Shown: in pieces, positions 54,896-64,000 of the stretch
Numbering within the stretch: the stretch's first letter is position 1
Layout: the number at the start of each line of letters is the position of its first letter
Source of the DNA: Cellvibrio sp.
Lineage (GTDB): Bacteria; Pseudomonadota; Gammaproteobacteria; Pseudomonadales; Cellvibrionaceae
Direction of reading: 5' to 3'
DNA: 64,000 bases
Assembly (NCBI RefSeq): GCF_039207905.1
Contig: NZ_JBCECX010000007.1
Coordinates: forward strand, 62,467-126,466
Notes under the pieces: generated by a model
What the model saw: only the letters and a program-made list of their open reading frames with translations
Database searches by the model: none
Told to the model about the DNA's origin: nothing
Position numbers and translations under genes: made by a program

Positions 54896-57784
54896 ATGTT
54901 GTGCATGCGAACAAAAAATAAATGGAGCCACCGAGCCTATCCGTTATGGTTATTAGTAGCATTCTTAATCAGCGCACCTTGTTGGTCGCTGGGTGAAAAA
55001 TCCTGGCTCGCAGCGTCAAGTAAAAACAATTTAGTCCTGATTGATAATAACAACAGTGCGGAATTAATTATTGATGCTGATGAATTTCCGGGCGTCATAC
55101 GCGCCGCTAAAAACCTGCAAAGCGATATCGAAAAAGTCACCAATAAAAAGCCGCCACTCAACAATCTCATTAGTGATAAAAGTGGTGACATTGTTGTGAT
55201 TGGCACTCTGGGAAAGAGCAAATTCATCGATCAACTGGCTGCCAATCACAAGTTGGATGTGAGTAAAATCCGCGACCAGTGGGATGCCTACCAGATACAA
55301 GTCATTGAAAACCCATTTCCACAGGTAAAACGTGCACTGGTAATTGTAGGAGCAAACAAGCGCGGCACCATGTATGGCATTTATAGTTTAAGCGAGCAAA
55401 TAGGTGTATCACCCTGGTACTGGTGGGCCGATGTACCGGCAAAAAAGAAAACGCAGTTATATATCGATAAAAAAAACCAAGTGATAGAAATACCCAAAGT
55501 AAAATATCGCGGAATTTTTTTAAATGATGAGGCACCTGCACTCACCAACTGGGTGACTGAAAAATACGGCAATTACAATGCACAATTTTATGAAAAGGTG
55601 TTCGAGTTATTGTTACGATTGAAAGCGAATTTTCTCTGGCCGGCAATGTGGAATAACGCATTCTCCGATGATGACCCACACAATATGATCCTCGCTGATG
55701 AGTACGGGATTGTGATGAGCACCTCGCACCATGAGCCAATGATGCGTGCAGACAAAGAATGGAATCGCTACGGTAAAGGGCCATGGGAATATTCCAAAAA
55801 TCCGGAAAACTTATATAACTTTTGGGTCGATGGCGCAAAGCGCAATAAACCTTACGAAAGCATCTACACCTTGGGTATGCGCGGCCAGCAAGATGAGCCT
55901 ATGAGTGAGGGCGATAATATCGAGCTGCTGGAAAAAATTGTCAGCGATCAACGCAACATTATTAGCGACGTTTTCGGTAAAGAAAAATTAAGCAGGGTTC
56001 CGCAAGTCTGGGCACTTTATAAAGAGGTGCAAGGATTTTATGAACGAGGCATGCGCGTCCCCGACGATGTAATTTTGCTCTGGTGTGACGATAACTGGGG
56101 CAACATCCGCCGATTACCCACACCGGAAGAGCGCAAACGTGTCGGTGGCGCCGGTGTTTATTATCATTTTGATTATGTCGGTGGGCCGCGCTCCTATCGC
56201 TGGATTAACACCGTTTCTATCGCCAAGATTTGGGAGCAAATGCATCTCGCTTATACCTATGAGGCGAACCAAATCTGGATCGTGAATGTGGGCGATTTAA
56301 AACCCATGGAATATCCGATTGAATTTTTTCTCAATATGGCCTGGAACCCCGAAGCCTGGCCGAAAGAGCGGATTCCGGAATTTGCCACACTCTGGGCGGA
56401 GCGCGAGTTTGGCAAAAAACATGCGCAAGAAATTGCAGACATTATGACGGGTTACACGCGCCACAATTTACAGCGCAAACCGGAATTGCAAGATGCGACG
56501 ATTTATAGCCAATTAAATTACGCTGAAGCTGATCGTGTAACGGCAAAAATAAAATCTTATGCGACACGCGCCGAGAAAATTTACACACAAATCGCTCCAG
56601 AGCAGCGTGATGCTTTTTATCAACTGGTGTTATTTCCCACCAAGGCGAGCGCGATTGTGACCGAGCTTTATGATGCGCAAGCCAAAAACCATTTGCACGC
56701 GCAGCAAAGTCGAGCCACGACCAATATCTACGGCGACAAAGTAAAAGCGTTATTTGCGGCTGACGCTGCGCTAGAACAGGAATTTCACCAATTGAACGGC
56801 GGCAAGTGGAATCACTTTATGTCGCAGCCGCATATTGGCTACAGCAATTGGAATAATCCGCCGGAAGATACCCAACCGGTTATCCATCTGTACGAGCCAC
56901 ATAACTCAGCGGAAATGGGTATTGCAGTTGAGGGGATTGCCAGCGCTTGGCCAAGTCCGGGCGACTATCGATTGGCCACTTTTGACCCGCTGGGTAAGCA
57001 GCACAGAATCATCGAAGTCTTTAATAAAGGTAAAGAATCGTTCACAGCTACTGCCCAAGTGAGTGCACCTTGGATTACAATAAGTCATACTAGTGTACAA
57101 GTTTTGACGAATGCACAAATTCAGGTATCCATCGACTGGAGCAAAGCCCCCAAAGGTGAGGCCACCGGCACAGTACAGATAACCGGCACCGGTTGGGGTG
57201 GAGCGACCATCTCAGTCAAAGCGATTAATACCGGGATGACCAAGTCGTCATTAAAAAGGAAAGGTTTTGCAGAGGCCGATGGCTATATCGCGATTGAGGC
57301 GGAGCACTACCAACGCAAAGGCGATAGCGGCGAATTGCGCTGGGAAAAAATCCCTGAACACGGACGCGGCTTATCCTCCATGTCGGTCTACCCGATTACC
57401 GACCGGAGCTTTAATCAAGTTCAGGATGCACCTTACCTTGAGTACGATCTATTCAGCCAAAGCGCTGGCGAATTCAAAGTGGAGGGATTATTCGCACCCA
57501 GCTGGCCGCTGATGCCGGAGCGAGGTTTGCGCTATGCGATTGCATTTGATAATCAGCCGCCGCAAGTAGTGGATTTAACGGCTGATATGAGCAACGCGAC
57601 TTGGGAAGAAACTGTGCGCAGCGATCTGCGCAGAAGTGTGACCACACACCGGATTGATAAACCCGGTGCACACAAATTGCGAATCTACAGCCTTGACCCG
57701 GGTGTGGTTTTGCAAAAAATCATAATTGATACCGGCCGACTTTTGCCCAGTTATCTGGGTCCAGAGGAGAGCCAACGATATTAA
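54896..57784 (+). CDS. GH115 xylan alpha-(4-O-methyl)glucuronidase
   Basis: 962 aa. ALVIVGANKRGTMYGIYSLSEQIGVSPWYWWADVP and YRGIFLNDEAPAL are typical of GH115 (family recognised from memory). Confidence 0.8.
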   Translation: MLCMRTKNKWSHRAYPLWLLVAFLISAPCWSLGEKSWLAASSKNNLVLIDNNNSAELIIDADEFPGVIRAAKNLQSDIEKVTNKKPPLNNLISDKSGDIVVIGTLGKSKFIDQLAANHKLDVSKIRDQWDAYQIQVIENPFPQVKRALVIVGANKRGTMYGIYSLSEQIGVSPWYWWADVPAKKKTQLYIDKKNQVIEIPKVKYRGIFLNDEAPALTNWVTEKYGNYNAQFYEKVFELLLRLKANFLWPAMWNNAFSDDDPHNMILADEYGIVMSTSHHEPMMRADKEWNRYGKGPWEYSKNPENLYNFWVDGAKRNKPYESIYTLGMRGQQDEPMSEGDNIELLEKIVSDQRNIISDVFGKEKLSRVPQVWALYKEVQGFYERGMRVPDDVILLWCDDNWGNIRRLPTPEERKRVGGAGVYYHFDYVGGPRSYRWINTVSIAKIWEQMHLAYTYEANQIWIVNVGDLKPMEYPIEFFLNMAWNPEAWPKERIPEFATLWAEREFGKKHAQEIADIMTGYTRHNLQRKPELQDATIYSQLNYAEADRVTAKIKSYATRAEKIYTQIAPEQRDAFYQLVLFPTKASAIVTELYDAQAKNHLHAQQSRATTNIYGDKVKALFAADAALEQEFHQLNGGKWNHFMSQPHIGYSNWNNPPEDTQPVIHLYEPHNSAEMGIAVEGIASAWPSPGDYRLATFDPLGKQHRIIEVFNKGKESFTATAQVSAPWITISHTSVQVLTNAQIQVSIDWSKAPKGEATGTVQITGTGWGGATISVKAINTGMTKSSLKRKGFAEADGYIAIEAEHYQRKGDSGELRWEKIPEHGRGLSSMSVYPITDRSFNQVQDAPYLEYDLFSQSAGEFKVEGLFAPSWPLMPERGLRYAIAFDNQPPQVVDLTADMSNATWEETVRSDLRRSVTTHRIDKPGAHKLRIYSLDPGVVLQKIIIDTGRLLPSYLGPEESQRY

Positions 57785-57823
57785 CAACCTGTTAACACAA
57801 CCTAGCTGTAGAGACGTCGTTGA

Positions 57824-59032
57824 ATGAAAATTGTTGATGCGAAAGTGATTGTCACCTGCCCCGGCAGGAATTTTGTCACCTTGAAGATTACAACTGACCA
57901 GGGAATTTATGGCATCGGCGATGCGACACTCAACGGCCGCGAAAAAGCAGTCGTCTCTTATCTGGAAGATTATTTAGTCCCGGCACTTATTGGCCGCGAC
58001 CCGCAACAGATTGAAGACATCTGGCAATTTTTTTATCGCGGTGCTTACTGGCGTCGCGGGCCGGTGGGCATGACTGCATTGGCGGCGATTGATGTTGCGC
58101 TCTGGGATATCAAAGCCAAAATGGCGAATATGCCGCTCTACCAATTACTCGGTGGCAAGAGCCGCGAACGCATCCTCACTTACACTCACGCTAACGGCAA
58201 AGATCTGGATTCCACATTGGATGCCGTGCGCAAAGCGAAAGAAAAAGGTTATCAGGCGATTCGCGTGCAGTGCGGTATTCCCGGCATCGAAAAAACCTAC
58301 GGTGTTGCGAAAGGCGAAAAAAGTTACGAGCCGGCCGATTCCGATTTGCCTTCAACGGAAATGTGGTCGACTGAAAAATACCTCAATTTCATCCCTGAAG
58401 TATTTGCTGCCGTACGCAAAGAGTTTGGCCGCGATATTCACTTGCTGCACGATGTCCATCATCGCCTGACTCCAATTGAAGCAGCGCGGCTCGGCAAAGA
58501 GCTGGAGCCATTTCATTTGTTTTGGATGGAAGATGCAGTACCGGCTGAAAATCAGGAATCCTTTAAATTAATTCGCCAGCACACCACCACTCCACTTGCT
58601 GTAGGCGAAGTATTTAACTCCATTCACGATTGCCGCGAATTAATCCAAAACCAATTGATCGATTATATTCGTACTACCATTGTGCACGCCGGTGGTATCA
58701 GCCACGTGCGTCGTATTGCGGATTTTGCCAGTCTGTTTAATGTGCGCACCGGCTTTCACGGCGCAACAGATTTATCGCCTGTGTGCATGGGTGCCGCATT
58801 GCATTTTGATTACTGGGTGCCTAACTTCGGCATTCAGGAGCACATGGCACACAGCGCACAAATGGATGAAGTATTTCCGCATGCTTATCAATTTGAGCGC
58901 GGCTTTTTCACTCCGGGCGAAACACCCGGCCACGGTGTCGATATCGATGAAAAGCTCGCGGCAAAATATCCGTACAAACGCGCGAGCCTACCTGTGAACC
59001 GTTTGGAAGACGGCACACTCTGGCATTGGTAA
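57824..59032 (+). CDS. manD: Enolase-superfamily D-mannonate dehydratase (ManD subgroup)
   Basis: [40 protein letters not shown]...[12 protein letters not shown]. Size is 402 aa. Confidence 0.8.
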   Translation: MKIVDAKVIVTCPGRNFVTLKITTDQGIYGIGDATLNGREKAVVSYLEDYLVPALIGRDPQQIEDIWQFFYRGAYWRRGPVGMTALAAIDVALWDIKAKMANMPLYQLLGGKSRERILTYTHANGKDLDSTLDAVRKAKEKGYQAIRVQCGIPGIEKTYGVAKGEKSYEPADSDLPSTEMWSTEKYLNFIPEVFAAVRKEFGRDIHLLHDVHHRLTPIEAARLGKELEPFHLFWMEDAVPAENQESFKLIRQHTTTPLAVGEVFNSIHDCRELIQNQLIDYIRTTIVHAGGISHVRRIADFASLFNVRTGFHGATDLSPVCMGAALHFDYWVPNFGIQEHMAHSAQMDEVFPHAYQFERGFFTPGETPGHGVDIDEKLAAKYPYKRASLPVNRLEDGTLWHW

Positions 59033-59081
59033 TATCGCGCTGGCATTATAAAAATACACAACCCAAAACGAGATAATAACG

Positions 59082-60203
59082 ATGAAAAACCAGCGCACGC
59101 TTTTGTTCGCCAGCCTTATCGCTGGCGGCATCCTGATAACTGGCTGTCAGGATAAATCCGCTACCGAAACCAGCACTGCGACTTCGACAGCAGCAGTATC
59201 CAAACCCGCAAAAACACCGGCAGATCCGGCATTATTTATTGGGCAACCACTGGTAACGCACATGTATACGGCTGATCCATCAGCACATGTGTTTAACGAC
59301 AAACTCTACATCTATCCATCACACGATATTGAAACCGGCGTTACCACCACTGGCGAAGGCGACAAGTTCGATATGAAAGATTTCCATGTGTTATCCATGG
59401 ATGCCGTCGGTGGTGAAGTGGTTGATCACGGTGAAGCACTGAATCTCAAAGATGTACCCTGGGCCAGTCGCCAATTGTGGGCACCCGATGCAGCAGAAAA
59501 AAATGGCAAATATTTTTTGTATTTCCCGGCAAAAGATAAAACCGATATTTTCCGCATCGGTGTCGCCACCAGTGATTCACCCACCGGCCCATTTAAAGCA
59601 GAAGCCGAACCTATCAAAGGTAGCTTCAGTATCGACCCGGCAGTATTCAAAGACGACGATGGCAGCCACTACATGTACTTCGGTGGCATTTGGGGTGGAC
59701 AATTACAACGTTGGGCTACGGGCACATATCAAACTGAGGATGTTTATCCTGCAAGCAATGAACCGGCACTCAGTCCAAAAATCGCGCGCCTGAGCGATGA
59801 CATGTTGCAATTTGCTGAAGCACCGCGCGATGTAAAAATTATTGATGGCGGTGGAGTACCACTATTGGGTACTGATACTAATCGACGTTTTTTTGAGGCT
59901 GCGTGGATACATAAGTACAACGGCAAATATTATTTATCCTATTCCACCGGTGATACTCACTATATCGCCTATGCCATAGGTGATAATCCTTACGGCCCAT
60001 TCACCTATAAAGGCATTGTGCTGACGCCAGTGCTTGGCTGGACCAGCCACCACTCAATCGTACAACATCAGGCCAAGTGGTATTTGTTTTATCACGACTC
60101 ATCGCTCTCTGGCGGCGACACACATTTGCGCAGCGTGAAAGTGACCGAGCTAACCCACAACGACGACGGCACTATCAACACCATTGATTCCTATCTCGAT
60201 TAA
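59082..60203 (+). CDS. GH43 family glycoside hydrolase lipoprotein (single five-bladed propeller)
   Basis: Lipobox ITGCQD; MYTADPSAHVFNDKLYIYPSHD; LWAPDAAEKNGKYFLYF; FFEAAWIHKYNGKYYLSYS. Confidence 0.8.
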   Translation: MKNQRTLLFASLIAGGILITGCQDKSATETSTATSTAAVSKPAKTPADPALFIGQPLVTHMYTADPSAHVFNDKLYIYPSHDIETGVTTTGEGDKFDMKDFHVLSMDAVGGEVVDHGEALNLKDVPWASRQLWAPDAAEKNGKYFLYFPAKDKTDIFRIGVATSDSPTGPFKAEAEPIKGSFSIDPAVFKDDDGSHYMYFGGIWGGQLQRWATGTYQTEDVYPASNEPALSPKIARLSDDMLQFAEAPRDVKIIDGGGVPLLGTDTNRRFFEAAWIHKYNGKYYLSYSTGDTHYIAYAIGDNPYGPFTYKGIVLTPVLGWTSHHSIVQHQAKWYLFYHDSSLSGGDTHLRSVKVTELTHNDDGTINTIDSYLD

Positions 60204-60217
60204 TGAGAATGCAATCT

Positions 60218-60257
60218 AAAAAAGCCCCGGCCAGCAAAGCTCGCCGGGGCTTTTTTA
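60218..60257 (+). terminator. Rho-independent terminator ending the xyn10-GH43-GH115-manD-GH43 gene string
   Basis: Stem agccccggc / gccggggct followed by TTTTTT. Confidence 0.85.
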
Positions 60258-60393
60258 TTTGTGCGCGCAAATTGACTTTTTCCAGGCTGGATGAATATTA
60301 TTTGAGCGCCACCTATCAAGGGAGGATAGGAGTAAGTGCACATCGATAACAAATAACCAAGCCAATAATAAACAACCAAGAGAGTATCCGCCC

Positions 60394-61044
60394 ATGCAAA
60401 ATCGCCTGACCACATTATCCAAACTATTATTTTCTGCTGCTTGCATCAGTTTATTTGCACCGATTATCTGTAACGCCCAAACGCCCAACCCAACGTATTT
60501 TTATTTAGTAAAAGGAGAGCTGAATGGACGCGGTATTTCAGTGGGTGACCCAAGCAACTGGTCAACCAATATTGAGGGACGCGAAGGAAAATCAGCGGGA
60601 GGAAAAATTTCAGTAGCGCCGACCAGCTACAAAGATAAAGGTGATGCCATCCAACTTACGTGGGCAGCACGCAAAAAAGTGGTAGGAAGTTTTGGTCTCT
60701 ACGGCGAAGCGATCGATCTATCCAAATTTAAAGATGCTGCTGCATTGACTATCGACATGCGCATCGATGTAAAGCCGGATAAAGATGTAAGAGTCGCGCT
60801 GGGTTGCGGCTACCCTTGCTTGGCAGATCTGTCCATTAATTCGATGATCAAACAAATGCCAAAAGGCGAATGGTTTTCCCTGCCCCTTCCTCTTAATTGC
60901 TTCAAAAGCGATAATTTTGACTTAACTAAAATTATTGCCCCCTTCTCAATTAGCACCGATGGTAAGTTTACGGTCAGCATTGCCAATATCCGCTTGGAAA
61001 AATTAGGGGAAGGCGAAAAGGGTTGCACGGCTCAACCAGAATAA
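60394..61044 (+). CDS. Small secreted stand-alone CBM-like / galactose-binding-like domain protein
   Basis: Signal peptide. The pattern ALTIDMRIDVKP..VRVALGCGYPCLADL....MPKGEWFSLPLPLNCF...FDLTKIIAPFSISTDGKFTVSIANIRL resembles C-terminal glycan-binding domains of ExoP-type glucosidases (from memory). Confidence 0.5.
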   Translation: MQNRLTTLSKLLFSAACISLFAPIICNAQTPNPTYFYLVKGELNGRGISVGDPSNWSTNIEGREGKSAGGKISVAPTSYKDKGDAIQLTWAARKKVVGSFGLYGEAIDLSKFKDAAALTIDMRIDVKPDKDVRVALGCGYPCLADLSINSMIKQMPKGEWFSLPLPLNCFKSDNFDLTKIIAPFSISTDGKFTVSIANIRLEKLGEGEKGCTAQPE

Positions 61045-61287
61045 GTGTTTCTATAAACAGAACAGTAAGCAGAACAGAAAACCTCTCACACCGGGCTTGG
61101 GCAGCCCCAAGTCCGGTGCACTAAAAATAATCAATTTCAAATATATTCCCGCCAATTTCGCTTGAAAGTGCAGCACAGCATTTTGCAAGATGTGCAATAC
61201 GCCGCCATAAGTACAACAGCTAATATTTCCAAAAATAATTTAAACGCCAAAACTGTCGAGTTAATTTACAAAAAACCCCTCAAAAAC

Positions 61288-61305
61288 TTGTGATGCACAT
61301 CACAA
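61288..61305. promoter_or_regulatory. Consensus CRP/FNR-family site TGTGA-N6-TCACA
   Basis: The sequence is cTTGTGATGCACATCACAAa, with perfect half-sites, about 110 nt upstream of the PEP-CTERM gene ATG. Confidence 0.55.
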
Positions 61306-61414
61306 ACCAAATTATCTCCCCATATTTGTCGTATGGCACGACTAATGCTTAGTTTGTAATCGAATTGTGCGTTAAAAAATCACTCTATTTAGCTTCAAAC
61401 AAAGGATGACGTTC

Positions 61415-62035
61415 ATGAAACTGATTAAATTTACAGCCGCAGCCATACTCGCCGCTAGCTCAATTACTGCCCATGCAGGTTTACTTAAAATTGATGGCGG
61501 TACCGATGTTACCATTCCCTCCAACAACGATTTTCGCGGATACGTAGGAACCACCCAATACAACTTTGGTGGCAATCTGCAGGCCAACCAAACCGGGGAG
61601 CTGACTTTAACCTTCAACTTCCTCGCGGAAGAAGCTGGTGCGGTGAATACCTTTACGTCTGGAGGTAGCTCTATCAACAATACCACTCAAAAAGCACCGT
61701 TCACCTACACAGGGAACTACGCGGATGGCAGCTTGATTGACTTTGGCTTTTCTACCGACCGTTTAAGCGCAGCGTTTAACACTGTACTCAATGGGTCAAA
61801 TGTTATTGGAGAAGGCGTTGTGTCTTTCGCAATCGCATTGAATACCACCTACAAAGGCGTTGCGTATGACGCAATTCTATTCTTTGATGATGTGGGTGGA
61901 ATTAACGATGACGACAACCATGACGACCTCTTGATCGGTGTTAAAGCCGTTCAAGTACCAGAGTCATCTGCATTTATCCTGATGATGCTTGGTATTGCAG
62001 GTCTTGTAGGTGCGCGTCGCCGTAAACTCAATTAA
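61415..62035 (+). CDS. PEP-CTERM sorting-signal protein (exosortase substrate)
   Basis: Signal peptide MKLIKFTAAAILAASSITAHA. The C-terminus (VPESSAFILMMLGIAGLVGARRRK) has VPE, a TM helix and a basic tail. The start was chosen at the ATG preceded by AAAGGA. Confidence 0.8.
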   Translation: MKLIKFTAAAILAASSITAHAGLLKIDGGTDVTIPSNNDFRGYVGTTQYNFGGNLQANQTGELTLTFNFLAEEAGAVNTFTSGGSSINNTTQKAPFTYTGNYADGSLIDFGFSTDRLSAAFNTVLNGSNVIGEGVVSFAIALNTTYKGVAYDAILFFDDVGGINDDDNHDDLLIGVKAVQVPESSAFILMMLGIAGLVGARRRKLN

Positions 62036-62049
62036 GAGTTATCGATGTG

Positions 62050-62078
62050 AAAAAAACCCGGCAATAGCCGGGTTTTTT
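62050..62078. terminator. Bidirectional rho-independent terminator between convergent genes
   Basis: Stem acccggc / gccgggt with loop aata, flanked by an A-run and a T-run. Confidence 0.85.
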
Positions 62079-62096
62079 ATTTCCACAACCGCATGT

Positions 62097-63608
62097 TTAT
62101 CTTCTACCAGCTTTGCAATTTTCCGCGATGAACTGCGCGTGTGTTGGCATGTAGTCGACCGACTGATCAATGACTCGCTTGATGCCTACAAGCCGCTGAC
62201 TAATCGCATCCACCGACATGCGATCAACCAAGGGATGATAAGCTCGTGGCCGAATTCCCTGGCCATGCATCACCTCAAGCCAACTCAAATCATTAAACAT
62301 TTCCGACGAGTTGCGGTAGATGCGACCATTCTTTTTAAATTGTTCAATCTTTTGGGTTAGTGCATCAGGGATGCTCATAGTTCGACAATAATTCCAGAAT
62401 TCAGAATCATCCCGCTCAGTAACATGATAATGAAGAATCAAAAAGTCGCGAATTTTTTCTACTTCAAAATCAGCTTGGCGATTAAACTCATCAATATCTT
62501 CCTGATCAAAATTCTTATTGGGGAAGAAACTCATCAAGCGTGCTATTGACGATTGAATTAAATGGATGCTGGTGGATTCCAAAGGCTCCATAAATCCACT
62601 GGACAAACCAATTGATAGACAGTTTTTATTCCAGATTTTTTTCCGTTTACCAGTGACAAAACGCAACAGCTTTGGCTCAGCCAATGCTTTTCCATCCAGA
62701 TTATTCAACAAGATTGAGCGCGCCTCATCCTCACTCATAAATTTGCTGGAAAATACATGTCCATTGCCGATGCGATGCTGCAATGGGATTCGCCATTGCC
62801 AACCAGCTGGGCGTGCAATAGATTGAGTGTAAGGAGTTAATGGCTCAACACTTTCACAAGGCACTGCCCATGCACGGTCGCAGGGTAGCCAATGAGTCCA
62901 ATCTTCATATCCTGTTTTTAACGCACCTTCAATCAAAAGCCCGCGAAACCCGGAGCAATCAATAAAAAAATCTGCCTCAATAACTTGCCCGGACTCAAGC
63001 GTAACAGCCTCAATAAAACCGTTATCATTATTCAACCGAACATCAACAACCTTTCCTTCTGTTCTTTTTACACCGCGTGATTCTGCGTATTCACGTAAAA
63101 AACGAGCGTATAAGCCCGCATCAAAATGAAAGGCATAGGCAATACCGGAAAGCGGGGAATTGCCGGCATCGAATGGGCGAATGAATTTATTTTGGCGCGA
63201 TGCAGCACCACTGATGGTGTAGCTCTCAAGATCATCTATATCGCTCATTTGCGACATCTTTAGCCAGTAGTGATAAAACTGGATAGCATCCATATCCTTG
63301 CCGACATCACCAAATGCATGCAGATATTTATGGCCAATACGCGTCCAGTTAACAAATTGGATTCCCAATTTGAATGTACCCTGGGTCTTACGCATGAACT
63401 CATCTTCATCTAAATCCAGCAATCGATTGAATAGCTGGATTTGCGGGATTGTGGCCTCACCAACTCCTACAGTACTGATCTCTTCCGACTCAACCAGATC
63501 TACATCGCAATAATTTGCCCCCAACACTTTGGCAATAGCAGCAGCAGTCATCCAACCGGCAGTTCCACCACCCACAATAACTATTTTTTTTATGCGATTA
63601 TCAGTCAT
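62097..63608 (-). CDS. Flavin-dependent halogenase-like protein (tryptophan halogenase family), paralog 3
   Basis: IVGGGTAGWMTAAA, GVGEATIP, GTFKLGIQFVNW, GWQWRIPLQ, GFMEPLESTSI. Confidence 0.85.
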   Translation of the reverse strand: MTDNRIKKIVIVGGGTAGWMTAAAIAKVLGANYCDVDLVESEEISTVGVGEATIPQIQLFNRLLDLDEDEFMRKTQGTFKLGIQFVNWTRIGHKYLHAFGDVGKDMDAIQFYHYWLKMSQMSDIDDLESYTISGAASRQNKFIRPFDAGNSPLSGIAYAFHFDAGLYARFLREYAESRGVKRTEGKVVDVRLNNDNGFIEAVTLESGQVIEADFFIDCSGFRGLLIEGALKTGYEDWTHWLPCDRAWAVPCESVEPLTPYTQSIARPAGWQWRIPLQHRIGNGHVFSSKFMSEDEARSILLNNLDGKALAEPKLLRFVTGKRKKIWNKNCLSIGLSSGFMEPLESTSIHLIQSSIARLMSFFPNKNFDQEDIDEFNRQADFEVEKIRDFLILHYHVTERDDSEFWNYCRTMSIPDALTQKIEQFKKNGRIYRNSSEMFNDLSWLEVMHGQGIRPRAYHPLVDRMSVDAISQRLVGIKRVIDQSVDYMPTHAQFIAENCKAGRR

Positions 63609-63641
63609 GATTCACCTGTTATTTTTTGTTATAAAACTGTT

Positions 63642-64000
63642 TTACAAAATGTATTCTTGTGGTGGCAAAGCCGAAACCACCTGCCGGATGCGTTCAATTA
63701 GCAGTTCACTTGTTTGGTGCAACTGTGCAGATGAAAGATTCCCGATAATGGGATCATAACGTTCAGGCCACACATTCATTCCAAGTAATAACGATTGCCA
63801 TTGGGATGATTCAACATTATCACTTTCATATTTGACAAGCCGACCTGAAGCTCTAAAAACATCCAGTTTGTGCCTCAGCTCGGGCGTCAATAATTTTTCT
63901 TCCTTTATTGCGAGCGGATGCGCGTTATCCAGCAACCAATAATGCAAACAATGGTAATCGTAGATTCGGTCAGTCTCACTGTGAGCAATGCGGTTATATT
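63642..64000 (-). CDS. Flavin-dependent halogenase-like protein, paralog 4; only the C-terminal part lies inside the window
   Basis: The minus-strand frame stays open to nt 64000 (..RIYDYHCLHYWLLDNAHPLA..). The C-terminal region aligns by eye with the other paralogs (RDFxxLHY, LxxKLxxF, W..V..G). Confidence 0.7.
   Translation of the reverse strand, partial: YNRIAHSETDRIYDYHCLHYWLLDNAHPLAIKEEKLLTPELRHKLDVFRASGRLVKYESDNVESSQWQSLLLGMNVWPERYDPIIGNLSSAQLHQTSELLIERIRQVVSALPPQEYIL

Noticed and set aside
1-64000. Search for CRISPR arrays, tRNA/rRNA genes, IS/transposase or integrase genes, prophage genes and toxin-antitoxin pairs.
   Set aside because: No spaced direct repeats, no cloverleaf-like or rRNA-like sequences, and no transposase, integrase or phage-like ORFs were seen. 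The window looks like core or accessory chromosomal DNA without recognisable mobile elements.

Overview
This 64-kb chromosomal window appears to come from a polysaccharide-degrading gammaproteobacterium, probably Cellvibrio-like. That taxon call is inferred from gene content only: lipoprotein CAZymes with Ser-rich linkers, TonB-dependent receptor (TBDR) loci carrying 'tryptophan halogenase' paralogs, and a PEP-CTERM protein. No rRNA, tRNA, CRISPR array, IS element or prophage is visible.

Layout, left to right:
(1) 1-11.6 kb: a putative alpha-glucan capture locus. It holds a 5'-truncated discoidin/FN3/beta-helix GH87-like hydrolase, two halogenase-like flavoproteins, a TBDR, three LacI-type operators and an SLC45/GPH-like MFS permease.
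(2) 11.6-12.9 kb: an ECF sigma factor with a long C-terminal extension (ECF42-like).
(3) 13.4-17.8 kb: a PmrAB-like two-component system convergent with a pap2-eptA (MCR-like phosphoethanolamine transferase) operon.
(4) 17.9-25.9 kb: housekeeping and stress genes. These are KefB/C, a CE4 deacetylase, GFA, a DUF1428-VOC-YCII(DGPF)-GyrI-like operon with an ECF42-type promoter candidate, an MBL-fold protein, LysR, a VOC protein and a nucleotidyltransferase.
(5) 26.0-31.2 kb: a 731-aa, highly divergent tubulin/FtsZ-superfamily GTPase sits next to two L,D-transpeptidases. This is the most interesting region of the window.
(6) 31.6-39.9 kb: DUF1080, a 1076-aa PVC-type cytochrome c/beta-propeller protein, a BtuB-sized TBDR and a lipoprotein.
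(7) 39.9-43.8 kb: an MFS transporter, an arylamine N-acetyltransferase and an S41 peptidase.
(8) 44.0-64.0 kb: a xylose/glucuronoxylan locus. It holds xylA, xylB, a Nudix-like NrtR-family regulator, a XylE-like permease, an acyltransferase-3, GH10, GH43, GH115, an enolase-type mannonate dehydratase, a second GH43, a CBM-like protein, a PEP-CTERM protein and two more halogenase-like genes, the last truncated by the window edge.

CDS coordinates come from the ORF track, with several starts re-chosen. Coordinates of small motifs were counted by hand and may be off by 1-2 nt.
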